Below are positions 47,367 to 55,177 of a stretch of DNA of 64,000 nt, piece by piece. Source of the stretch: Flavobacteriales bacterium. Lineage in GTDB: Bacteria; Bacteroidota; Bacteroidia; NS11-12g; UBA9320. The DNA is taken from NCBI GenBank assembly GCA_020635435.1, contig JACJZU010000001.1:208999-272998 (forward strand), in the 5' to 3' direction. The position numbers and the translations under genes were made by a program. Position 1 is the first letter of the stretch. Each line of letters opens with the position of its first letter. Below the pieces are notes generated by a model. That model was not told where the DNA came from. It worked only from the letters and a program-made list of their open reading frames with translations, and did no database searches.

Positions 47367-50300
47367 TTGTTTATACTACCTAAACGATCTATTTCTAGCT
47401 TCCAACAACTCTCTTTAATCTGTATGTTCTCGTAAATGGTATTCTGACTTTTGTTGTTTGATCCAACCTCATTCCTAACTATTGAAGACGCATAGTAACT
47501 GGGAACACATTCCAGTTTACCTTGTGTTGTGCTAACCATCTTGTAAATCCTTTGAATTTGACTGAAAGTAAGACTCTTCATATTCACTAATTCAGGCTTT
47601 TCTAGCTCACTAGGGAGAGGTACAAAAACTAAGTCATTTGGAGAAAGGGCAAACAACAACTTACCCTTTTCAAGATTTTCAGGAATTGCAGTACGCTGTG
47701 ATCTTGGCTTAATTGATATTTCCTTCTGGTGTCGGATAACTTCATGTAGCCCAACAGTATCAAACTCTCTCTTGTGTTTAGCTTCATTCCAATAGACACC
47801 AAAAAATAGATTAGTACCAGATTCAGCTTCTCCGTACTTCACCCTTGTATTATACCTGCCACCTATTGGAAATTTCAGGGATGAAGCTTCTGAAATGGGC
47901 AATTTAAATACCGGAATTTTTCTATTTGAATTGAATGCCTCAATCCCTTCTGCGCTGAAAGCTACATCTATATCATCGCCCGATAATTTTAAATGTTGAA
48001 GAAGATCTGCTCTTAAACATAAATCAGACACTTTATTAATGAACTTAATAGCATCCTCTGCAGTTTTAATACCTCCTAGGCCCCTGTTTGCTAACCTTTC
48101 GACCGGCTGTCGTTTTCTATACCTAACTTCCGGAATTAGAAATACTGCGGATAAAATTGGTAGTCCGTTACTATCCACTATTGGGTTGTTTTTCAAATAG
48201 GCCTGAGTAGCACCTATACTTTCGCCATTTTGCAGGAATGCATCTTCTACTTTCACTCTCAAGTCCCCATCTTGAATTTTTTCGCGTTTCCCAACATTCT
48301 TGGATATTTCAAGTACCTGAAACGGATAAGTTTTTTGTCCATATGGAAGCGGGGCATGCAAGGGTTTGCGAATTGCCCAATTATTCCCTTTCGTTTGCCG
48401 GGTCAGTGTTTTACGAGGCTTTCCGTTTCTATCTAATCTCAGTTCACCCTCCTCATTTCGATAAGACATGTATCTGTTGTTGGCCTTATTGATGACTCGT
48501 AAATTCTGCTTGAAACTCACTAGCGTTGTCAATAAGTTCACATAGGCATCCATTGAAAATCCTATCCAGGGGTGAAGGAATGACTTAGCAACTTTTCGTG
48601 TTTTCAACTCGCCGGTTAATTTATTCCTAAATTGTATTTCCTCGACAACCCGGAGCTTTGAGACTAAACTGTGGTTATGTCGGTTAGTGTTCAGCGAAGT
48701 GATGTAGTTGACGTGATCTTTCGTCGTACACGCAATCACCAATGCATCGAGTGCGTGATGTCGGTGATCAATACGCTTTTTACTGAAACCTTTAGAATCA
48801 GGAACTTGTATCCGAAATGCGTTAATTTTATCATCCCAGTAGCCGAAGTCATTTGTACCGGTGATCTCGTTCAATCGCTTGAAACGAGGAGCTATCAGCT
48901 CATTCCATTTGTCATTTAACCCCCAATCTTGTTTCAGTTGTGCCGTTATAGCTCCTGTGGCAGTTACAATGTGTTTTGAGGTGGCATCAGATTCTTTATC
49001 TTCCCGAACTATGTTGCTCATCAAACCTTTTATCAGTGAGCTGATGTATCGTGTGTCGTTTATTTGCCTCTCAATAAATCCTTCAGGAATATCTTCTGCC
49101 AGGAGTCGCTTAAGTTTTGCCTTGTTGTTTTTAAAATATCTAGAGCAATGATCTTTATACGCCTCCAGTTCAAGAATTCGAACGGTCTCTCCATTCCCTA
49201 AATCTACGATGCGACCATGATTGTCGCGTATGAACTCATAGGCAAGATCGTTGTCCTTAAGCTCGTTCACTGCACTTTCACAGATGACCTTATTTCCTTG
49301 TGAATCATCAAAATATCTTGATTGAGGTATAATATGTTCAATCTGATAGGCTTCCGTAAAGAGCTTACTCAATGGAATTGTTTTACCGGTATACGGGGAG
49401 ATATACCCTTGTTCAAGCCACAATTTGTATCTATTGATCTCAGCAGTCGTTGGAGAGGAGCTTTTCCTTATTTTTAAGATATCATCTTCGACAACATCTA
49501 AACTGGAATAAACGCCTTCCTCATAGATCTTTAAAATTTCCTGATGGCTCGGTGAATAGGGTCTCACTTCACCAACCGTATTTTGGTCATTCATCAACTC
49601 TGCAAGCAGCAGCTTGATTCTTTCATTGGTGTTCTGATTCTCTTTTATTTGTTCTGTAAGACGTTCCCGCTCTTTGGAAGTTTTCTTAAGTTCCCTCGCA
49701 AGTTCAATGTGTATCTCGTCGAAGAAATCCACCGCACCGGCTCCGAAATTTTGCCAAATGTCTCGGACAACACGCAGGGTCTCTGTAACCACCTGTTCAA
49801 CGATAGGATTCCTCAGACTATGTTGCTTGAAATTACTGAGATATCTGTCAATATCCGATGGGGATCTCCACTTTTCTGAAGTTCCAGATTCTGAGTGCCG
49901 CCCGTACACGGCATAGCATGCTTGATAAGTATTTAAGCCCCTAAATGGGTTCTTGTTTCTGAATTCTATGAAACTTTTTAAGAATTGCTTAGGGACCGCA
50001 TCATCAACAACATTTTCATCGATTTTTTCACGATTGAAGCCAATAAATTCCAAACGCTCCATTATTGATTCAATTTGTTCCTTCGCCGAGGGAAGAATGT
50101 CAGTTTCACTCCAATAACTTCCCATTCTCATCAATGGAACGATTTTTTGGAGAGCCTTCGCCGAATAACTCCCGTAGTCGTTCTTATAAGGTGGAATATT
50201 CCTGAAGTTCTCTATAAATTCTTGCTTTCTCTGTTCACCAATCTGATCGTAGCGAAGCGCAAATTTCTCGAGGGCTTTACTAAACTCCTTTGGATCCCTT

Positions 50301-51985
50301 ACTGAATAAACAACATGCCAAAGGTGAAATTCTATCTCACTCGACAGAAATCCTCTGGCATCAAATCCTTCCATCTTGGCAAATCTTGAAATAAATTGAG
50401 ACCTTGTCTCGCCACATGGATATGCTTTGTCCTCAACATAGTTCCAGCGATAAAGTGCCCTGTCTTTCTTTGCAATGATTTTCTTTGCGACAAAATAGTC
50501 CAAAAGGGTCTTTTGTTCAATTTCCTTCTGATCTTTCAGGAAGTCATACAATTTGACCCATTCATCCTCTGAGGGAAGAAAAGTATCAGTAACATCTACT
50601 CCCTCATCCTTCAATTTAATTTTGAGGTTTTTCAAGAATTGCCACAGCCTGAATTCCTGGAAGAGTGGATGGGACCGAGGAATTCCCTTTTTGAATTCTG
50701 TTTTTTCAATACCATCCTTGTCCCTATACTTCCTAAATTCGAACTGACAAGAGGAAATTGTTGACTTTTTGCTTTTCAGAGGCCGTTGAAAGAAGATGAT
50801 GTCGTCAATTATCAAATAAATAATATCCTTGTCCTTAATGTTTCCCCGGTGTGCCTCATTTCTGGGATATAATTCCTGAACGCATTGTTCATACAGCTCT
50901 CGGTCGGTTAATTCCGCGTGATAGGCAGATTGAACCTTCAGTATTACGCGAAGCTCTTCCTTGTAATATTTCCGCTCTATGGTCTTGATCAGCTTCCCTC
51001 TAATTTTTGTGCGAGGATCTTTGAGCAAATTGTGATATATGAAATCGGCAACGCCAACGGTATTATGTGTATCGTTAAATTGCTGCAATGCATTTTCGGT
51101 TTTTGACTTTATCAATTTCCAATCATTGTCCCCTGGTGACCGAAAACTTCGCACAATTTCCCCTTCCTTGTTGATTTTATAAGTGCCATCCTTCTCTAGG
51201 GTTGTTGTTACCACGAATTCCTTTGTTAAACCGATCCAAGCTTCCAATGACTCTCTGCTTTTTCTCCTGTATACCCAACCATTCTCAAGAATAACATTGT
51301 ACCAGGAATCGGATCCTTTTGAGTTTTCATCCCGTTTTACATCTACAACCTGCAGTGCATGATATTCCTCGATTTTATTATCCTTCGGTTCATCATCTTC
51401 ACCCCTCAGTTGATAGTAACCACGCTTCTGATTGAAATTGAGGATGATCCAAGCCAGCTCTTCCTTAGTAATAGCCTGTGTTAGTGCTTTCTTTCTCAAA
51501 TAATAAAGTGTCCAGTCAAAAGGTATCCTTCCCGAATGACCATTGGATTCAAAATCCCGCACCATTTCCTTGAATGATGACATGAAGATGAATTCATCCT
51601 TCTCGCTTCTCTTTTTCGGACGCGACTTAGGGATATAATTCAACTTGGTTTCAACGCCTTCCTTGAACTGGCCCGGTTTATTCTCAAAGTCTAAACTGTC
51701 AGCATAATGAGTTGGTAAAAAATTCATGATGTTCAAGACCCGATGTAACCTTTCCCTTCGGGTATGATCCCGTTGATAAAGTCTACGCACACTTCTGAAT
51801 GCCGTTCTTTCACGGGTTTGTGAATTCGAAACTCCTTTCCCGAAATCGTCAAGATCATTCTGTGCCATCGGTATAATTCTTACGCCGAGCCCGTCAATTT
51901 TTCCGCTCTTCTTTTCGAAGTCATGCTCTACCAGAGCCCAACCAATACTATTGGTCCCCAAATCCAATCCCAAAACTTTTTTCAT
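47351..51985 (-). CDS. cas9: Cas9 (type II-C), 1544 aa
   Basis: Motifs by my own residue count: RuvC-I LGLDLGTNSIGWALV (D8), Arg-rich bridge helix RTAFRSVRRLYQRDHTRRERL, RuvC-II IHIELARE (E761), HNH QIEHIIPQS...NKVICESAVNELKDN (H884, N907), RuvC-III RIDHRHHALDALV (H1077, D1080). There is no csn2 or cas4 nearby. Confidence 0.97.
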   Translation of the reverse strand: MKKVLGLDLGTNSIGWALVEHDFEKKSGKIDGLGVRIIPMAQNDLDDFGKGVSNSQTRERTAFRSVRRLYQRDHTRRERLHRVLNIMNFLPTHYADSLDFENKPGQFKEGVETKLNYIPKSRPKKRSEKDEFIFMSSFKEMVRDFESNGHSGRIPFDWTLYYLRKKALTQAITKEELAWIILNFNQKRGYYQLRGEDDEPKDNKIEEYHALQVVDVKRDENSKGSDSWYNVILENGWVYRRKSRESLEAWIGLTKEFVVTTTLEKDGTYKINKEGEIVRSFRSPGDNDWKLIKSKTENALQQFNDTHNTVGVADFIYHNLLKDPRTKIRGKLIKTIERKYYKEELRVILKVQSAYHAELTDRELYEQCVQELYPRNEAHRGNIKDKDIIYLIIDDIIFFQRPLKSKKSTISSCQFEFRKYRDKDGIEKTEFKKGIPRSHPLFQEFRLWQFLKNLKIKLKDEGVDVTDTFLPSEDEWVKLYDFLKDQKEIEQKTLLDYFVAKKIIAKKDRALYRWNYVEDKAYPCGETRSQFISRFAKMEGFDARGFLSSEIEFHLWHVVYSVRDPKEFSKALEKFALRYDQIGEQRKQEFIENFRNIPPYKNDYGSYSAKALQKIVPLMRMGSYWSETDILPSAKEQIESIMERLEFIGFNREKIDENVVDDAVPKQFLKSFIEFRNKNPFRGLNTYQACYAVYGRHSESGTSEKWRSPSDIDRYLSNFKQHSLRNPIVEQVVTETLRVVRDIWQNFGAGAVDFFDEIHIELARELKKTSKERERLTEQIKENQNTNERIKLLLAELMNDQNTVGEVRPYSPSHQEILKIYEEGVYSSLDVVEDDILKIRKSSSPTTAEINRYKLWLEQGYISPYTGKTIPLSKLFTEAYQIEHIIPQSRYFDDSQGNKVICESAVNELKDNDLAYEFIRDNHGRIVDLGNGETVRILELEAYKDHCSRYFKNNKAKLKRLLAEDIPEGFIERQINDTRYISSLIKGLMSNIVREDKESDATSKHIVTATGAITAQLKQDWGLNDKWNELIAPRFKRLNEITGTNDFGYWDDKINAFRIQVPDSKGFSKKRIDHRHHALDALVIACTTKDHVNYITSLNTNRHNHSLVSKLRVVEEIQFRNKLTGELKTRKVAKSFLHPWIGFSMDAYVNLLTTLVSFKQNLRVINKANNRYMSYRNEEGELRLDRNGKPRKTLTRQTKGNNWAIRKPLHAPLPYGQKTYPFQVLEISKNVGKREKIQDGDLRVKVEDAFLQNGESIGATQAYLKNNPIVDSNGLPILSAVFLIPEVRYRKRQPVERLANRGLGGIKTAEDAIKFINKVSDLCLRADLLQHLKLSGDDIDVAFSAEGIEAFNSNRKIPVFKLPISEASSLKFPIGGRYNTRVKYGEAESGTNLFFGVYWNEAKHKREFDTVGLHEVIRHQKEISIKPRSQRTAIPENLEKGKLLFALSPNDLVFVPLPSELEKPELVNMKSLTFSQIQRIYKMVSTTQGKLECVPSYYASSIVRNEVGSNNKSQNTIYENIQIKESCWKLEIDRLGSINNCLKL

Positions 51986-52014
51986 ATTTAAAATTTCTTA
52001 ATTACATTCGCCTC

Positions 52015-52088
52015 TGAAAGCAAATCACAATAAGGATTATTCCGTTGTGAAAACATTCGAGGCGGCCCTAACGGGTCGCTTCTGTTTT
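52015..52088 (+). ncRNA. Predicted tracrRNA (5' end uncertain)
   Basis: 52015..52031 (TGAAAGCAAATCACAAT) can pair with repeat nt 1-17 (16 Watson-Crick pairs plus a terminal G-U). It is followed by a nexus-like AAGGATTATTCC hairpin. A stem at 52059..52082 (core GCGGCCC/GGGTCGC) and then TGTTTT act as a terminator. It is divergent from cas9. Confidence 0.7.
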
Positions 52089-52634
52089 AGTCCAACCAAC
52101 CTTTCACGTTCAAAGGCATTACCGTCTGTTCATTTCTTCTGTAGTCCGGAGTTTGCTGCCCACAATACGAGCCTAAACTGCCAAAAGATTTTCAATTTAA
52201 CTCCTAAATGAATACGAAAAAGTGAATTGACCCTATTTGTCATAATTTTTCAAAAACTCAACCTAAAAATTTCGACAAAGGGCGAACAAAAACTAGAAAT
52301 TTTATTGTGTAAACTTTAATGCAAAGCAATAAACTCCATAAAAGAAACTAATAGACGGCGCGAACCATTAACTCAGGAACCCCATTCCCAGATAGAGAAG
52401 AGAAAACTTAAAACGTATTTTCTCGCCGGGCCGATCACCTGACTCCGTGATGTTTCCCAAATTGTTCCTCAACCTGGGCAAAGTCGCGCATTCATGGATC
52501 GTCTCTCTTTTACGACCCTTGATCGTTATACAAGCCAAAGTAATCTTCTAACTTGTGTTTATTAGAGCAAATTCATTATCGGTAATTTCCTATGCACCAC
52601 GAACATTCGTGAAAGTCAAAACCTGATCCACCCC

Positions 52635-52671
52635 GATCAAGGTAATCCCGCCAATCCCAAAATCAAGGACC
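52635..52671 (+). repeat. AATCC/CAAGG-rich ~37-bp element, copy A
   Basis: The sequence is gatcaaggtaatcccgccaatcccaaaatcaaggacc. It shares CCAATCC(C)A(A)AAATCAAGG(W)CC with copy B and lies 76 nt downstream of the GxxExxY gene. Confidence 0.5.
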
Positions 52672-52746
52672 AAACAGTTGAACTCGCCCGATCCCCCTCC
52701 CATCCTGCCGCCTACTTCCCCAACCCAAACGACCCCCGATCATCCA

Positions 52747-53136
52747 TCACGACACCCCGATCTTCTTCAGATTGTTGTTATGCACCCTTTTAAACTGTAA
52801 AGATCTTGCACCAAAGTTTATGAGCAATCCAATGTCAAGATCGTATGCCTCTACATAGTTCATAGCCTGAGCAAGATGTGCATCCTCCAGTTTGATAACA
52901 GCCTTGATCTCAACCATGATCTTATCTTCTACAAAAAAGTCCACTCTGCGTTTACCGACATAATACCCTTTGTATTGCAGGGGCATTTCGTGTTCTCTGC
53001 TGTAGGCTAAACCTTGCATCGACAACTCAATGGCCAATGCCCTCTGATAAACCACTTCCTGAAATCCGTTGCCAAAATACTTGTGCACCTCCATCGCAGC
53101 GCCAATGATCTTATGTGTCAGTTCCCGGTGTTCCAT
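52747..53136 (-). CDS. GxxExxY protein (PD-(D/E)XK nuclease-like superfamily)
   Basis: MEHRELTHKIIGAAMEVHKYFGNGFQEVVYQRALAIEL...VDFFVEDKIMVEIKAV matches the GxxExxY family pattern (GFQEVVY). ORF 52747..53157 (GTG start) was trimmed to the first ATG at 53136. Confidence 0.85.
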   Translation of the reverse strand: MEHRELTHKIIGAAMEVHKYFGNGFQEVVYQRALAIELSMQGLAYSREHEMPLQYKGYYVGKRRVDFFVEDKIMVEIKAVIKLEDAHLAQAMNYVEAYDLDIGLLINFGARSLQFKRVHNNNLKKIGVS

Positions 53137-53201
53137 GGTATCTTGAACATGATTCACAGAATGAACTCAATTGTTCGAAGTGAATTTACCATCTCCAATG
53201 A

Positions 53202-53238
53202 AATCATGGCAATCCACCAATCCAAAAAATCAAGGTCC
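53202..53238 (+). repeat. AATCC/CAAGG-rich ~37-bp element, copy B
   Basis: The sequence is aatcatggcaatccaccaatccaaaaaatcaaggtcc. Its first 22 nt match copy C with 1 mismatch. It lies 66 nt upstream of the GxxExxY start. Confidence 0.55.
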
Positions 53239-53303
53239 GGACACTTTAACTCTCCCAACGTCACCTATTCTCCTTTCCCCGATTCCTATCACCAGCCAAC
53301 ATC

Positions 53304-53341
53304 AATCATGGCAATCCATCAATCCCAGAAATGATCAAGGA
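53304..53341 (+). repeat. AATCC/CAAGG-rich ~37-bp element, copy C
   Basis: The sequence is aatcatggcaatccatcaatcccagaaatgatcaagga. It overlaps the stop and last codons of the desaturase-like gene (which ends at 53335). Confidence 0.55.
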
Positions 53342-54546
53342 GAAGTCAACCGCCTCCTCCGCACCTTCCGCTTCGATTCATGATCAACGATCAACAACAA
53401 CGAGAACAACAGGAAAAAGAAGACATACATCACCAACGTATTCGAATACACCATCCATGAAAACAGGATCAGCAAGGCTTCGCCAAACAACCACATGAAT
53501 TCCTTCTCCATAAAGCGTTCGTACATGTACCCGTTCAATACCATAGCGGCCTTGGCCATTTGCGCCACCACAATGCCCGAGCAGATCATGAATTCCCAAA
53601 ATGCAAACCGATCCTTGTAAACCAGAAGCAAAAGCACGCCGATGACTGAAAATGTCATTTGCCAGATGTTGTAGAATTTAAGGAATGGTGAACCCGTCGC
53701 CCCTCTTAAGCGGGAATGTCCGTTGACGATCTGTATCGGCTGCCATTCCGGAGGCATGATGAACACTTTGAGCTTATTCTTCCAACCCGATATGCCCGCA
53801 CACATCCGGAACAGGTATTCGTAATAATGGAAAACGGCCGTTATGGGATCCCGATCGGAGTAATTCCCTTTTATACCGTATTCCACCCGTTCCGTTTCCT
53901 CCTGATAGGTGCCGAACATGCGATCCCAGATGGAAAAAGTAGAGCCGTAATTCTTGTCGATGTATATGTCGTTGCGGCCATGATGCACGCGATGAAGCGA
54001 AGGTGTAATGAGGATCTTTTCGACATAGCGCAGTTTAGGTACATATTCGTTATGCATCAGAAAGTCGTAGATGCCCGATACCTTGAGAATTACGATCAAC
54101 ATTAAAGGCGAAAACCCGAAAACTGGCAAAACGGACCAGAAGAGGATTCGATTGAATCCCTGAAAGAACGAGGTGCGGAAACCATTCGAAAAATTGAATC
54201 GTTCCGAGGAATGATGGGTCACATGCCCGGCCCACAAAATATTGACCCGGTGTGCGATCCGATGATACCAATAGGATATGAGATCAACCGCCACATAGGC
54301 CAGCACCCATACATACCACTGATCCCCGAATTCCAGCATCCGGTAATGCGTGTAGACATGATCGAGGATAACGTACAACAGGCCGAGATAGGCCAGGGCA
54401 GCGATCTGGTCCATGGCCCCAATGGCCAGATTCAGCATCAGGTTTCCGGAGGAATACCGATCGTCTCCCCTTTTTGCGCTCACATACCACTCAATGCCCA
54501 CCCCGATGAGCAGCAGAGGGATCAATACTGTAAAGGCATTCCACAT
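53335..54546 (-). CDS. Fatty acid hydroxylase / sterol desaturase family membrane protein
   Basis: Histidine boxes HRIAHRVNILWAGHVTHHSSE and HRVHHGRN, multiple TM helices, and an extra C-terminal TM-rich extension. Confidence 0.85.
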   Translation of the reverse strand: MWNAFTVLIPLLLIGVGIEWYVSAKRGDDRYSSGNLMLNLAIGAMDQIAALAYLGLLYVILDHVYTHYRMLEFGDQWYVWVLAYVAVDLISYWYHRIAHRVNILWAGHVTHHSSERFNFSNGFRTSFFQGFNRILFWSVLPVFGFSPLMLIVILKVSGIYDFLMHNEYVPKLRYVEKILITPSLHRVHHGRNDIYIDKNYGSTFSIWDRMFGTYQEETERVEYGIKGNYSDRDPITAVFHYYEYLFRMCAGISGWKNKLKVFIMPPEWQPIQIVNGHSRLRGATGSPFLKFYNIWQMTFSVIGVLLLLVYKDRFAFWEFMICSGIVVAQMAKAAMVLNGYMYERFMEKEFMWLFGEALLILFSWMVYSNTLVMYVFFFLLFSLLLIVDHESKRKVRRRRLTSP

Positions 54547-54704
54547 AAGCTCAACCTTTTCATTTGATAGTCGTTCAGATCAATGGAGATGATGGATCGG
54601 AAAGCACATATTCCCTTTAGTTCCCGACCTGTGGACACTCCAGTTTGTTGACCCCTGCAACCGCTTTCCGGCTGACCACGCTTCTCTGCGCATTGCGTCC
54701 CGAT

Positions 54705-55124
54705 TTATTTGAAGATGTACACCGCCAGCGCAACGATGAGTAAGGCTATGGGCATAGTGAATTTCCCCACGCGTTGGATGCGGTAAGCCTGACTTACATC
54801 GCCTTTGGCAAATTTCTTCCCGGCCGAACTCGTGATACCGATCAAGGCGCTGAGAAGCAGGAAAAGCAGCATCTTGGCCATGAAGAAATAATTCGTGCTG
54901 AGCAGATCCCAACGGCCGGCCAATAGACCCAATCCGGAAAGCAACAACAAAGCCAGACCAATATGCCCCATCCGGCTGAGGGACATGATCTGTTTCATGA
55001 ACTTCAGGCGATCGTCGGGCTCAAGTTTGGAGGCGGCCATGCCCAGGAACATGAAAGCAAAACTGGTTCCGAGCCCCATGGCCAAACCGATGAAATGCAG
55101 AAACAACGAGATCTCCTTCAACAT
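54705..55124 (-). CDS. Hypothetical 4-TM membrane protein
   Basis: 139 aa with four hydrophobic helices. I recognise no family. Confidence 0.6.
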   Translation of the reverse strand: MLKEISLFLHFIGLAMGLGTSFAFMFLGMAASKLEPDDRLKFMKQIMSLSRMGHIGLALLLLSGLGLLAGRWDLLSTNYFFMAKMLLFLLLSALIGITSSAGKKFAKGDVSQAYRIQRVGKFTMPIALLIVALAVYIFK

Positions 55125-55177
55125 AGATGCAAGCTCAATTGGTGCTCACTAAATTAAATTTTTTTTCGATCATCCCC

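Noticed and set aside
51961-51976. The 12-mer TTTTGGGATTGG is shared between the cas9 5' end (minus strand) and the reverse complement of element copy A.
   Set aside because: In cas9 it encodes the conserved VLGLD of the RuvC-I motif. The similarity is most simply a coincidence with a low-complexity element.
52321-52334. gcaaagcaataaac, which resembles the anti-repeat core GAAAGCAAATCAC. It could be a second tracrRNA.
   Set aside because: The match is short and gapped, and no nexus or terminator follows it.
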